From Minutocellus sp. GHC0000111 (Eukaryota): a stretch of 64,000 nt of DNA. The stretch lies in contig OZ361259.1 of the NCBI GenBank assembly GCA_977018835.1, forward strand, positions 2,976,001 through 3,040,000, given 5' to 3'. The notes under the pieces were generated by a model, which saw only the letters and a list, made by a program, of their open reading frames with translations, had not been told where the DNA came from and did no database searches. Both the position numbers and the translations under genes were made by a program. How positions within the stretch are numbered: the stretch's first letter is position 1; each line of letters begins with the position of its first letter. This document shows positions 37,315 through 50,218 of the stretch, piece by piece.

Positions 37315-38002
37315 GGTCTTTTGCTGATTGCCGCTTGATGGGTCGGGCAATTGTTCCGAGAAAGAAGGCTATGGCGATGATGATTCGATTCTATTGCTGG
37401 CTTCGTTCTGGTTGCTGTTCAGTTGCATGCCGTGCCAACCAGGTAAGGTTAGAGTATACTATTCACTTATCGAACCCAATCACCTCAAAGGGCAAGGAGA
37501 TCTGGGAGCAGGATCAGGAACAGTACAACGGCAGCGGCGCTCCAACTTTTATGGGCGCCACCGCGGTCTCTTCTTCACTTCTCGCATGCATCGGGAGTCT
37601 TTTTCATTACCCCGAATTTACAATAGATTTATGTTCATCTTCTCACCATTTTTCAATATACGAGGCTGTTACGTGAGTTACCTGCGCCATGGCGTTCTGC
37701 TTGCCGTTGCGGTCCAATCCGTTACTATACATTGGTCATTCACCTTGTTGAGATGACATTGGTCGGTGTATGCGGGTGATTGGCTCGGCTGAGTATGGGA
37801 AAATGGCAAAAACCGACCCTTCCGGTTCCGCTTCCGTGGAGGGAACCGAAGATAATTTTTATACGGACACGAATATATTTTTATATTCGAGCCCAACCTC
37901 CCCCAACCTCTTCTCACCACCTTCTGTGCTCTGTTTCCCGTACCCATCAAGCAGTGCATTATAATCAATTGTATATCACCAAACAACCACAAATAAGCCA
38001 AA

Positions 38003-38515
38003 ATGAGCGTCGAAATGGAAACCTGCCCCGCCAGCGCCCCCTTCTTCGGGTTCATGGGCGTTACCAGCGCCCTGGTCTTTGCCAACATCGGCGCCGCCTA
38101 CGGCACGGCCAAGTCCGGCGTCGGCATCTCGTCGATGGGCGTAATGAACCCCGGTCTGGTGATGCGAAACATTATTCCCGTGGTCATGGCGGGTGTGTTG
38201 GGCATTTACGGTCTGATTGTGGCGGTTATTATTCAGGGCTCGATCGTTAGTCCTCAGAACGGTCTGAGTCAATATTCTCTGTACACTGGCTTTGCTCATT
38301 TGGCGGCCGGTCTTTGCTGTGGTTTGTCGGGTCTTGCGGCTGGTATGGCGATTGGTATTGTCGGCGACGCCGGCGTCCGTGCGGTTGGTCAGCAGGAGAA
38401 GTTGTTCGTTGGTATGATTCTGATTTTGATTTTCGCCGAGGCTTTGGGTCTGTACGGTCTGATTGTGGCCCTGATCCTTTCGCAGAACTCATTCGTTTGC
38501 GAGGGCAACAACTAA
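38003..38515 (+). CDS. VHA-c: V-type H+-ATPase 16 kDa proteolipid subunit c, copy 1
   Basis: [47 protein letters not shown] including the catalytic Glu. Confidence 0.98.
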   Translation: MSVEMETCPASAPFFGFMGVTSALVFANIGAAYGTAKSGVGISSMGVMNPGLVMRNIIPVVMAGVLGIYGLIVAVIIQGSIVSPQNGLSQYSLYTGFAHLAAGLCCGLSGLAAGMAIGIVGDAGVRAVGQQEKLFVGMILILIFAEALGLYGLIVALILSQNSFVCEGNN

Positions 38516-40607
38516 ATTTGAGCTGAATCGGTCGGTAGAGAATGGTTCAGACGTCGCATGGTGGAGAAGCTCTTTTCGTTTTGCGCACAGGAGAAATGGT
38601 TCCGTTCTGTGTATATGCTGCTTCCCGCCTCGCCGCGATCCAGTCACAACAGACTGTGTTTTGCGCATGTGATGTATTGAGACGACTAACACAATAGACA
38701 TACTATGCAAAAACCTAATGTTCTTGTGTTCCTAAAAATATTTTAATCATGTCATCTCGTAGACCAAGGCAGACAATGCTTAAATCTCATTTGGTCAACA
38801 GACTTCTCAGTACAAAACGAAGAGAACGGGCTGCCTTCCCTTTTCACCGGCCATCGACCCCAGCTGAAGGGTACGGGTGGTATCTGCCGAGGCGCACACC
38901 CCCGGGCAACTCTAAAACAACTCTTGGAGCCAGCAGGTACCTTGTCTTGCCGGACCTGTACTCGGGTACATGCAAGTTGAGTTGTTTTGGGAAGTAGAAG
39001 TAAAGAGAGTGAGTATCGATGTCCATCAGATACGCTAGACCAAAGACTACGGACGCTTGGAAGACAGAGCCTCCGGAGCGGTTTCGTGATCTAATATAAA
39101 ATCCGAAGGGAGGACCGACCCAAGGGCACGAAATACAAAGCAATAAAAGCTCTGCCACCGCAGGAGTCTCAAACCCTATTTCTAATTTGTTGAAATCCTC
39201 TTACTGCATGGCTCATTCACGAAACTAGAAAGTCCCAAGCCCTCGCACATGCGAATTTATGCTGTAGCCGCCTGCATTTACGGGATATTCGACTGCCATA
39301 CCAACTGGCGCCGACCTCACCAAAAAGACCTTGTAGCGCCCCGGCTATAAAGACGGCAGAGATGACCACACAAATGAAGTGTCGCAAGCAAACGTCAGAC
39401 CGACGTACCTGTCTTTCTGTGGCTTCCCAGGCGTACGATCCCTTGCTCTCGTTCACCGGGGATTGAGGAGCACTACGTTCAACCCAAGAGCCACGGAAAC
39501 GCAGAATGATCCTATTGCCATGACAAAGACGAATAACGCGATGGTAAATGATCAAATAGGTGAGATGGGGATGGAATTGGATGAGAGGAAATGTCTGCAT
39601 AACCCGCTATGATCCAGTGGAAAACGTTTCTAAAATGAATTAGAAGCCACTGTATCAACTCTCATGGGAATGCGACACGAGGCACCCAAGTATTTTCGTT
39701 GATTACCAAAAAAAAGGGCGGGAGGCAGAGAACACCGATGCGTGCAGCCCAAAACGGACAGCACAAAGTGTCTCCATAAATGCCATCCCAGGGCGGTGCC
39801 TCGCATATGCTCTTCCACGGATGTAACAGATGTTTCGGCATGAGTAGGCCGAGCACCCTGACTATCACATGGATTTTCAAATACTGAAGATTATTTGGCA
39901 CTTTGATTGCCAAAAATTAATGACGTACCTTGGAAATGGAGGGGCGACGAACATGGAGCAGGGCCTACGAAGTTGACACATCTAACGAAACAACGAAAAT
40001 GTGGAGTATAAGAATCAAGGTTAGAGGTGAATAAGTGTGTCGGTCGAAGCCAAGGCGACCCTTTGGTTGAATTCAACCGATACATGTAAAAATCTGTACG
40101 CCCTCGTGTGACTCTACCCCTGACGGATCATGATACAGGGGCAGAGTGTCTAGGAGCGCCATTCGAGAGATACTATCCGCTTCATTCAAAATAGGAACCC
40201 ACCAACCTCAAAACCGACAAACATTTTCATCAATGCAAGCGAGTTCGCACGCATTGCTGCGCGTTTACTCCTTGGTCTAAGTTGTGCCGGTGAGGGTGGG
40301 CTCCCGATGACAATTCGGCGTTACAAATGGATGGAACAGCAAAGCAAACATGCAAACACAAGATGCCTGGCCATACAGCGTATTACTTACCAGCTTACCA
40401 GATACTCTCTTACGGCCTCCACGCAATACGGTTATGATTCGCGCATCCGTCGAGTAACGAGAGCTTCAGTGTCGGCCATTGGACAGCGACTGTTGGTACA
40501 GCCTGTTGGTGTCGCATCGTTCACATAATTTGAGAGTGCGGTAATGCATGGTATTGTTCTGGTCAAGATGAGACCACGAAAATGCCAACCTATTTTGCCC
40601 GTTCGCA

Positions 40608-40985
40608 TTACTCCTTCTTATCCTTTTGTACAGCGTTCTCCTTGAGCCACCGGGCGCTGACGGCGAGGGACCAAAGGAGGCACGGGAAGAATGGTACAAA
40701 CACCAGATACAGTCCCTCGAGCTGACGGGTAAACTCGTGAAGGGCACCCTCCTCGCCGTCGCCTCCGGTACCATCCCCACCGTCGGCTGTGGCAGCAGCG
40801 TCAGTTCCGCCGGTTCCGCTGATGCCATAATAACCAAATAGGGACTTTTCGAGAACAAACAGAAATACAGCCAGGGCTGATCCTCCTCCATACATGAGAG
40901 ATATAAAATTGTAGTTGATGTTGGGCGAGGGGGTGGTGAACCAGGCCAAGGGGCCACCGCCGCTGCCGCTGTTGGCCAACGCCAT
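40608..40985 (-). CDS. Small two-TM membrane protein with a C-terminal KxKxx ER-retrieval-like signal
   Basis: MALANSG... with two hydrophobic segments and a KDKKE end; divergent from eIF4B. Confidence 0.6.
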   Translation of the reverse strand: MALANSGSGGGPLAWFTTPSPNINYNFISLMYGGGSALAVFLFVLEKSLFGYYGISGTGGTDAAATADGGDGTGGDGEEGALHEFTRQLEGLYLVFVPFFPCLLWSLAVSARWLKENAVQKDKKE

Positions 40986-41183
40986 GGTTTTGCTTGCTAA
41001 TTTGTGGCTGTGCGTGCGGCGTGCGGCGGCGTCTTGGCCGAGTCCGAACTCCGGGTTTCCACATCCACCCTCATGATTTTTGAGCCATCCGATGCGATGC
41101 CAACACATCTTGTGACGATCGTCAGATACGCCGCTTCTTTATTTATTACCAATAACTACGTACCTACAGCCCAAACCGCAAAC

Positions 41184-42455
41184 ATGAAGAGCTGGGCCGA
41201 TCACTGCAGCGATTCCGAGGACGAGGACAACCACCACCCCGTGGCGGCAACCGCCGCTTCGCCTCCGGCTTGGCACGAGTCGTCCTCCGAGGACGAAGCC
41301 GATCAGGCCGCCGCCGATGAGGCACCGCTGCCGGAACCGGTGCCGGCCCGAACCTACACCCCGGCCGACATCCCGCCGGGCGGCCCGCCCTTCACGGCCT
41401 TTGTGGGCAACCTGCCCTTCAGCATCAAATCTCCCGACGACCTCGTCGGAGAGGTGCGGCAGCTCATCGGTGGCGACGCCGGCATCTCCCGGGCCCGCCT
41501 CGGCAAGGACCGCAAGACCGGCAAGATGGGTGGGTTCGGATACATCGAGTTCGACACGGCCGACGACCTTTTGGCCCTGCTCCATCTTCCGAACCAGCCG
41601 CCCCAGATCCGCGGCCGCGACATCAAGGTCGACGTCGCCGAGCAGAGGCAGCAGCCGAGCGGCGACCGGGGCGATCGGGGTGCGTCGTTCCGTGGCAGCG
41701 GCAGCGGGTCCAGGACCAACCTGAGCGGCAACCTCGACGATATCGACGGGAGCAAGTTCCGCGGTGGCAGAGGATCGATGGGCAGGAGTGGGTCCGGCAG
41801 GAACGACGGTGGCAACAGCAACAACAACAATAACAATCGCAGAAACAACAACCGGCAGTCCAGCCAGAGGAAGGATGATGGCAACAGCAACAGCGGTCCG
41901 CCTCCGGTCCGACAGTCCCTCAAGCTCGCTCCCAGGACCAAGCCCGCCGAGCTTTCCGAGAGGTCCTCATCCTCGTCCATCTTTGGCGATGCCAAGCCCC
42001 GCGACGAGGCCGCGTGGGAAATGCGCAGCAGCCTGGCAAAGGCTGCCGAGGACAAGAAAAAGGATGGCGGTGCCAGTGGCGGTAACGATGGCGGTGATGG
42101 AGAAGCTGATGGAAGAAAGGGAGGGGGAGACAACAAGAAGGATAAAGATATGCGCCGCAGTGGATCGTCCGCGTCGGTCGGCAAGGGTGGACGTGGTGGG
42201 GGTGGCGCCAAGCGAAACAATAGCACCAAGTCTGGCGGAGGCAAGGGCGGTCGCGGCGGCAAGGGAGGTCGCGGTGGTAGTATGCGCAAATCGGACAGCC
42301 AAAAGAGCGCTGGGGGTGGGGACAACGAGAAGAAGAAGCCCGAGCCTACCGTCCCCAAGAGTGCCATCGTTGCCCCGCCGGCCGAGAAGAAGAAGGACGA
42401 CAAGAAGGTGGTGAATAAGTTCGCAGCACTTGGGTTTGACTCGGACTCGGATTAA
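41184..42455 (+). CDS. EIF4B: Eukaryotic translation initiation factor 4B
   Basis: SWAD N-terminus, PPFTAFVGNLPF RRM with GFGYIEF, LKLAPRTKP...SIFGDAKPRDE, RGG tract, terminal NKFAAL. Confidence 0.9.
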   Translation: MKSWADHCSDSEDEDNHHPVAATAASPPAWHESSSEDEADQAAADEAPLPEPVPARTYTPADIPPGGPPFTAFVGNLPFSIKSPDDLVGEVRQLIGGDAGISRARLGKDRKTGKMGGFGYIEFDTADDLLALLHLPNQPPQIRGRDIKVDVAEQRQQPSGDRGDRGASFRGSGSGSRTNLSGNLDDIDGSKFRGGRGSMGRSGSGRNDGGNSNNNNNNRRNNNRQSSQRKDDGNSNSGPPPVRQSLKLAPRTKPAELSERSSSSSIFGDAKPRDEAAWEMRSSLAKAAEDKKKDGGASGGNDGGDGEADGRKGGGDNKKDKDMRRSGSSASVGKGGRGGGGAKRNNSTKSGGGKGGRGGKGGRGGSMRKSDSQKSAGGGDNEKKKPEPTVPKSAIVAPPAEKKKDDKKVVNKFAALGFDSDSD

Positions 42456-43239
42456 TTAAAATATGGAAGTGAAATTTGAATTGTAATAAAATGATAACAT
42501 TTGATACAATGCTATTTGCTTCTTTTAGTGTTGAGATAGGCGGTATTTGCAGGATCTGCTCAGTAGATCTACCGGAATACTGGCGGTCGGATGGCATGGA
42601 TGGATCAGATGGCATGGATGGATGTCTCAAACTTTTCAGATTTTGCGAGGTCTTGGCTTTTCTGTCTGGTCTTGGCTTTTCTGAGGAGCTCGAAACTCCA
42701 TCCGTTGGTAGTGCTCCTCGGCGAGACCCCAGCGTTTTCACTCTCGTCTTTTTTGGTGAGTACGACTACCGTCGCAATGGGATCGATTTGCGGAGCGGGA
42801 GACGACGATTCGGCACCCCACCCAGCCCGTATTTTGGCTTATAACACAGCAGTGTTCGTTTGCGCGCGGGTGGACTTGTGGTCCGGCGGAAAGAAGCGAT
42901 GTATCGGTCGAGAGAAGACACGCATAAAAGTGGTCCGCATTGGAGGATCTCTTGAGTTCGTGGCCTCGTTTGGTGCACAAAAGAAGCAATCGCGACCGCA
43001 GACTCATCACTGAAGACGTGACGCACTAATTTGAAGGGGCCGCAGCCATGTTTGTTGCATATAGCGGGCAACAGCGACAAGAGACCATGGTTGGCACATC
43101 ATGCGTTCGACGGGATCCGTTTTCTCGGCTTGCTGGCCGCTCTCGAGTTTTGTATGCTAACTTTTTCGATATGACGTGGCTGACTTTCTCACCCTTTCCC
43201 TCCCTATCCCTCTTTTCAGAACAAAATAAACGCCCAACC

Positions 43240-43752
43240 ATGAGCGTCGAAATGGAAACCTGCCCCGCCAGCGCCCCCTTCTTCGGGTTCATGGGCGTTA
43301 CCAGCGCCCTGGTCTTTGCCAACATCGGCGCCGCCTACGGCACGGCCAAGTCCGGCGTCGGCATCTCGTCGATGGGCGTAATGAACCCCGGTCTGGTGAT
43401 GCGAAACATTATTCCCGTGGTCATGGCGGGTGTGTTGGGCATTTACGGTCTGATTGTGGCGGTTATTATTCAGGGCTCGATCGTTAGTCCTCAGAACGGT
43501 CTGAGTCAATATTCTCTGTACACTGGCTTTGCTCATTTGGCGGCCGGTCTTTGCTGTGGTTTGTCGGGTCTTGCGGCTGGTATGGCGATTGGTATTGTCG
43601 GCGACGCCGGCGTCCGTGCGGTTGGTCAGCAGGAGAAGTTGTTCGTTGGTATGATTCTGATTTTGATTTTCGCCGAGGCTTTGGGTCTGTACGGTCTGAT
43701 TGTGGCCCTGATCCTTTCGCAGAACTCATTCGTTTGCGAGGGCAACAACTAA
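43240..43752 (+). CDS. VHA-c: V-type H+-ATPase proteolipid subunit c, copy 2
   Basis: Same protein as copy 1; nucleotide CDS looks identical by eye. Confidence 0.98.
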   Translation: MSVEMETCPASAPFFGFMGVTSALVFANIGAAYGTAKSGVGISSMGVMNPGLVMRNIIPVVMAGVLGIYGLIVAVIIQGSIVSPQNGLSQYSLYTGFAHLAAGLCCGLSGLAAGMAIGIVGDAGVRAVGQQEKLFVGMILILIFAEALGLYGLIVALILSQNSFVCEGNN

Positions 43753-44176
43753 TTCTGTTGTCACCATCTGACGACCAGAAGAAGAGCAAAAATCAAAGTT
43801 TATCATATATACTGAGGCGGGCCGAGGGAGTGTTACGGTTTATCGGGGGTGTGATTACCCGAATGGCGCTGGGTTGATTCACAACATGAAGACACAGCAC
43901 AATGCAAAAGTTCATTCAATAGCAGCATATGGGCGACTACTGTATTCGATCCTACTAGTATTGCTGCCTAGCAAGAACCTCCGGTAGACGCGTTGTAATC
44001 CATAGTTTTTATCACTGAGATATGTTCTACGTGACATTAGTTAGCACTATCTATTTAGCTCGTAGATTTCACTTGTACTAGTACCAAAGACTGAACCTGT
44101 AAGATCTTACTCGGTATGCCGGGAGCAACAGTCTTTGAAGGTGAAAACAGAAAATATAAATTTCTCTTGGGAATTC

Positions 44177-45199
44177 TTACATGTATAATTGTTTGGTAGT
44201 AGTGGAGTGCCCAGACATCTGGCTAACTCCTACTAGCTTCTTTTCCACTTCGTCCACAATCTTTTGCGCCTCAACGTTGAATCTCAGCAGGCCAATGGGG
44301 AAATGACACCTCGGTCGAGTACAGTCGTAATGCGATGCATCCCATTGTGCCAATACCGACTGCCACGAGCGAGCATATGCCACCCACTGAGCATAGAACC
44401 ACATCCTAGGCGCACAGGGCCATGGCTGGCCGTATCCTGTCCCCTCCTTGCCAAACATCTTCTCTAATTTGGCTGCTGGGACAGATTCCATCAGGTCGCC
44501 ATGTTCGTGGATGATTTCTGCAATTCTATTGACCGATGGTACAAACTCATGACGGATGAAGATCTCGTACTCTTTCCATAATTTGCTCCTGGGCCGTTCG
44601 CATGCTTGCAGGGCATTGTGCAGAAATAAAGGTACTTCTCGGGGGAGCATAGTTGCCGCCTCACGCTTCATCAAGCTACTTAGATCCACCGGCGCCGATG
44701 CCATTGACCCTTCTTCAAACCCCATCATATCTGCCGCCAACAGCGCCAATGATGCAGGATTGTGCATGCTGGTCGGTCGAGCCAAAAACGGCAACTTCAC
44801 GTAGAAATCCCCAACGGCCACGGCAAGTTGATCCTGCTTCTCCTTGGGCCCATAGTACTCATCGATCTGCGAATCCACAAAGAAGCACAGGTTGCCCAAC
44901 CAAAGGGCGTGGAATTGTTCTGTAATGGGGATCAAGAACTGATGCGATTGATTCGTCACCCGATCCATGAGGGCCTCGTGCTGCCGGTGCATCCTGGCGT
45001 TGTAATTGTCCAGCGCATAACCTCCGACTGCGATGAGAGCCGCCAGTATGTTGCCAAGATCCTGCGCCAGCAGTGTGTCCCATATCAGCTTGAGAGTGAT
45101 GCCATATCGCCAGAAGGGCAAGAGCAGGAGGATGGCAGGGCTAAAGGTCAGCAAGATCAACGCCGGACGTTGCGATTTGATCGACTTTGGCATGTTCAT
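44177..45199 (-). CDS. Hypothetical membrane-anchored protein
   Basis: Clean 340-aa ATG ORF with two N-terminal hydrophobic segments and an aromatic-rich globular region. Confidence 0.7.
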   Translation of the reverse strand: MNMPKSIKSQRPALILLTFSPAILLLLPFWRYGITLKLIWDTLLAQDLGNILAALIAVGGYALDNYNARMHRQHEALMDRVTNQSHQFLIPITEQFHALWLGNLCFFVDSQIDEYYGPKEKQDQLAVAVGDFYVKLPFLARPTSMHNPASLALLAADMMGFEEGSMASAPVDLSSLMKREAATMLPREVPLFLHNALQACERPRSKLWKEYEIFIRHEFVPSVNRIAEIIHEHGDLMESVPAAKLEKMFGKEGTGYGQPWPCAPRMWFYAQWVAYARSWQSVLAQWDASHYDCTRPRCHFPIGLLRFNVEAQKIVDEVEKKLVGVSQMSGHSTTTKQLYM

Positions 45200-45792
45200 C
45201 TTTCGAGATGGAGCGAGATGGAGCCGCCTTTGTGGGGGAAATGAGAGCAGATAACCAGGGAATGCTTACCGCTTACCGTCTTTGCTTGAATGAAGGACAG
45301 CAGGGAAGCAGGCGAAAAGCGAAGCGTCTCTTCTGTCCAAAAATGCGGGCTTGGGGATCGAGTCGGGGGAAGCGGGGAGCAGGGGGACCTCTCATCTCCT
45401 CGAAATCGGAGTTATGATTTTTCCATTTTCCAGCACATCATTTTTTGCTGCATGGCCGCGGCGGTTGCATCGGTGCGGTGCTCGCTAAGCAACGGCAGTA
45501 CCATACCATCAGTTCCCAGAGCGACGCCCACGGCACATTCGAGGGAGGAAGACGTGGTGCGTGGGCTCTGCGCATACGTTCCGGGCGGTGATATCCTGTA
45601 TCTTTTTGTGCAGGTTCCTCATTTATTCGCTTTGGACGCGGGCTGCAGCTGCAGCCGCAGCGTACCTAGGTACCCTCGGTCCTCAAACCCGCCACCTGCT
45701 GCACTTGCGTCTCACCGTTTGGCCTCATCAGTACTTAGTTGATATTGGTACTTGATATTGGCCTGAAGAAACAAAGGAACAACAGCAGTGTC

Positions 45793-48700
45793 ATGTCGGA
45801 CCCGCCGCAATTTTCCATGTCCTCTCTGGCCTCGGCCCTTCCCGTCGGCGTTGGGTCTTCCATGTCGTCCGGCGGTGGAATGGGCGGCGGCGGTCCTGCA
45901 TCGTCGTCGGCGAACGCCACGGCCGCCGAGGCCATGCTGAACGCCCAGCTGGCCTCGGCCCTGTCGACGATGGGAGACGCGCAGTACTTTGAGGAGTCGA
46001 TAAGTCCCGGCCAGATCCGGACCAGTCTCGCCAACGCCGACCCGTCCAACCCGTCGTCGACCCCGGCCCTCCTCCGCGGGATGAAGTGGCTGCTGGCCTC
46101 CATGTCCAAGGGCCGGGACGTGTCCGACTTCTTCCCCCACGTCGTCAAGCTGGTCGGCTCGCACTCCCTCGAGGTACGCAAGATGGTCTACATCTACCTC
46201 AGCCGCTACGCCGACTTCGACCCGACCTGCCGCGAGCTGGCCCTCCTGGCCATCAACTCCTTCCAGCGCGGTCTGGCCGACGGCGAGGCCCTCATCCGGG
46301 CCCTGGCCCTCCGGACCATGACTTCCATCCGCGTCCGCGACGTCCTGCAGATCCAGATCATGGCCGTCCAGCGCTGCGCGGCCGACACCAGCCCCTACGT
46401 CCGCAAGTGCGCCGCCAATGCCCTGACCAAGCTGTTCCCCCGCTGCGGCGACACGGGGAAGGAGAGCTGCCTGGAGATCCTGACCAAGCTGCTGGAGGAG
46501 GATGCCTCCACCATGGTTCTGACCAGCGCCCTCGTGGCCTTTACCGAGCTGTGTCCCGAGAGACTTGATCTGCTGCACAAGCCCTATCGCAAGATATGTC
46601 ACCTGCTCACCGACATGGACGAGTGGGGACAGATTGTCATTTTGGACGTCCTGTCCAGATACTGCCGGATGTATTTCAAGGAACCCCGGGCCAGAAGTCG
46701 GGGCAGCGCCGAGCTGATCGATCGAGATCGGAGGGTGAGGCGGACGGTCAAGGGCATCGAAAGTAACAGTGGTGGTGGCGACAATGATGATGATAAAGAT
46801 GGGAATGTTGGCAATGCTCTGGACGAATTGTTCCCAGGGAGCAGTGGCGGTACCAAGGCAAAGAAGAAAGCAAAAGATACTCCTGGTGCCACTTCAGCTC
46901 TGCCGCCTCACCCGGGATCGTCAGGACCGCAAAAGATCAAGTGACGGGTGGTGAAGAAGGCATTCTATTCCGACGAGGAAGATGAATCGACAGAAGAGGA
47001 AGTGTACATCGGCGGCAGTGTTTCGGCAATGTTGAAGGAGGGGAGTCTCCTGGGACAGCCCCAAAGTGGGGAGGGTCGATTTGGACCTGGCATTGGCGGA
47101 GCAGCAGGCCCGTCTCAGGGTGCAGGAGTTTCCGCGGATGATGACGATGACTATGAAGACTCCGAGCTCGACGAGGACCATCGCCTCCTCCTCCGATCGT
47201 CTTTGCCCTTGCTGAAATCGCGCAATTCGGGTGTCGTGCTGGCGGTCTGCTCTCTTCATTACTACTGCGGTGTTGCCAGTATCCGCGTCCGAGCGGCCAT
47301 GGGCAAGTCACTCGTGAGAATATACCGAGATAAGAGAGAGATTCAATACGTTGTGCTTACCTCTATTCGGACGCTGGTTCAGGAATGTCCCTCGGCATTC
47401 ACACCGTTCCTTGGCGACTTCTTCGTCAAGGCGATGGACCCTCAATTCACTCGCATGATCAAGCTTGATATTTTGACAGCGCTAAGTCTGGATCCTGGGT
47501 CTATCGAAGCGGTGTTGAAAGAACTTAGAACATATATCCGCCACAATGATAAGGACTTTGTTCGGGCCTCGATCCAGACAGTTGGGAAGGTTGCGGAGAT
47601 GGCTCGGATTGTGTACGATCGGAGAGGAGTCAAGACTGGGAGCGAGGCATCAGCTCGGGCCGACGCCGACCTTATCGCACTCAACTGTCTCTTTGGACTC
47701 CTCACATTATCTCAGGCGTCTGAGGATACCACCGTCGTCGGAGAATGCGTCGTCGTAATGGAAAATGTCATGCGGCAGCTATTGTCCGAGTCATCAAAAT
47801 ATGCTGTGGCAGATCCAAACGGAGTCCAAAGCGAATCATTGAAAAGACTGATGCAGCTACTATTACGCGCTATAGATGCTCCAAGGAGTGCATTTGGGGG
47901 ATATGACGAAGAAGAAGACTCGAAGCAGGAGGACGATGAAGAGAGGAAAATTTTTAAGGAACGGATAGTGTTATTGCCCCCGACTGCAGTTGCTTTCCGC
48001 TTTATCTATTGTCGGAGATTGGTTCTGTGCCTCACCCTCCTCGCCATTAGCTGTGTCGCTTTTGCAGGTATCAGATAAGGAAAAACACCGAATGAGATCC
48101 GAAGTTCTACGACTGATATGTCGGACGATGGCTCGCATGGACCCGTGCGAGAAACTGCAGTGTATCCATTTTGCTAGCAAGGCTCTATTGGTGACCAGGG
48201 ACAGCGACAGAACTTCGTCCCGAAGCGACGATGATATGGCAATGTGCGAGTATATTCTGGCAATGGGGCGGGTCGATGTGTTACCTGATGCGCGCGACAG
48301 AGCGCGCTTTGAAAGCAACCTGTTGAATGTTACAATTGGGCTTACAATTGACACCGACGCTTTATCACCCTGTCCGCCCGAGGCCAAGGGGAAGCTCTCG
48401 GCAGCTGATGCTCGGGAGATATTGCTTGCAAACAAGCCTGCTCCATCGTACCTGCCAGTGGAGGAGGATAACAATGTTCCTTCTTTTCGGTTTGGTTCTC
48501 TCAGCAGCCTCCTCTCACGTAAGGCTGGGCAAGCGTACATCCCTCTTCCTCAGTGGGCGACAGAGAACAGCTCGAGCGACCTTCGCGCTCCACCCGAGCC
48601 AGAAACACCAGCAGATGAAGATGGCTGGAAGGTTCGGGGTGCCGATAAGGCAGGCAAGTCTACAGATTCTTTCTATGATTCTGACGACGAGAGCAGTAGC

Positions 48701-50063
48701 AGTTCCGATGATTCTTCTTCAAGTGGAGAAAGTAGCAGCGGTAGTGACAGCGATTCGACTTACTCATCCAGTAGTGGTAGTGGTAGTGGTAGCTCTTCTG
48801 ACGACGACAGTAGCTCGGACGAATCTTCCAGCGACGAGAGCAGCGAAGATGATACCATGGCAATGAACCAGATCAAGGCCAATGGAACTGCCATCGTTAA
48901 TGGATTTGCGCCTTCCCTGGACCTCCCTACCCCCTCACTTCCGACACCGACCGATAATATGGCATTTGGGGATGCGGGTGATTCTTCCTCCTCCGAAGAC
49001 GACTCGTCTTCAGATGACAGTGACAGCGACGAGTCTTCAGACGAGGACGATGGTGGTGTCGCAAGGTCTACGACTGATAATCTTTTGGATATGGGAGGCT
49101 TGTCGATGGCTCCAACACCTTCCCCCGCTCCTGTAGCACCTGTGCCAAAGGTGAAGAAGCAGGAGTCAAAAGCCGGCACTGGACTGGCCATGGGACTGGA
49201 AGGCCTTGTCATGGCACCGATCGTAGTCGATAAAGAAGAAGCTTCCAACGGAGATAAGGCTGATGTCGAGAAGGATAGCAGTGCCTGGCAAGTGGTAGTA
49301 CGGCCAGAGCTGAGTGGCGGTCTTAAGGCAAAGGCTCGCTTCCTTCGAGGAGCAACCAAAGATAGAGAGGCGAAGGTGATGGGGTTCGACACTGCAAGCT
49401 CCATGGTACTTTGCGTTAGTGAAATTTGAGAATAAGAGAGCAGACTCTGGCGTCCTTCGTCGAATCCGATTAATCCAACGAAGTGCCGGCGGAGGCGGTA
49501 CCTTTTCTCCGCGACGACTTTCGCTTCCCCTTGAAATTGGTGTTCTAAAAAGCGGACAAAGCTCAACTGTCCTTCTTGGCCTAGAATTTTCAGAGAAATC
49601 TGATAAAGACAAGGTCTTTCTCGCCAAGCTCGAGGTGAAGAGTGATCGAGGCACAAACACCGTCGACATTCGCCCTCCGCTTGCCGAAACAGTACTTCCG
49701 TATCGCATGAAAAAGACCGAGTATGAAGCGGCAGCTTCTCGGTTGCAAAGTATTACTCAACGCACGGTGTCGTCCTTTTCTCTTAAGGCGACAGGAGGTA
49801 GCTCTACGCAACAGCTCTGTGCCAAACTTCCAGCGATTGTAGCAAAAAGTGCCAATCTTCACCCCGTTGATAACAAGAAGCTTACTTGGAGATCAGACAA
49901 TACCTGTGACTTTGCTGGCAAGCTTCCAGCAAGCGCGACGCCCATTTTTGCCACAGTCAAAGCCGATCCTGAAAGTGGAGCAGGCAGTGTTGTTGTCCTT
50001 TGTGACAATTTGATGGCAGCCAACTCACTTGCTGACTATCTCAAGAAATCCGTTCAAGGATGA
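45793..50063 (+). CDS. AP3B: AP-3 complex subunit beta (in-frame TGA 46942-46944; frameshifts at about 47993 and 49420)
   Basis: SKGRDVSDFFPHVVK, EVRKMVYIYL.RYA, LLAINSFQR, DMDEWGQ, FYSDE, ELDEDHRLLLRSSLPLLKSRNSGVVLAV, DARDRARF, GSLSSLL...YIPLPQW, acidic Ser hinge and ear domain. Confidence 0.93.
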
Positions 50064-50218
50064 AGCAGTTCTCAGCAGTTAATGCCTAAAAGCTTAAGAT
50101 CGATTCACCTCTACTAGTAGCTAGTATAGTCCGTCGAGTAATTATTGCTGCTGCTATGTTAATAGCCAGTGCAATCCCCATGATTCTAATTGGTTATCGT
50201 AAAATCGCTAATCTATTT

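Noticed and set aside
37328..37990. Short ORFs with splice-donor-like sites between the TPR gene and VHA-c copy 1
   Set aside because: No coherent exon chain or recognisable protein; treated as promoter/UTR.
41354..42403. Long antisense ORFs opposite eIF4B, AP3B, UGGT, GCH1 and the TPR gene
   Set aside because: Shadow frames of GC-rich or low-complexity coding sequence with no motifs.
42590..42625. 18-bp doublet GATGGCATGGATGGATCA and nearby short ORFs
   Set aside because: Simple slippage-type repeat in intergenic DNA; no recognisable product.
43048..43239. 64-aa N-terminal extension of VHA-c copy 2
   Set aside because: Not protein-like, includes a pyrimidine tract, and identity with the other copies starts exactly at ATG 43240.
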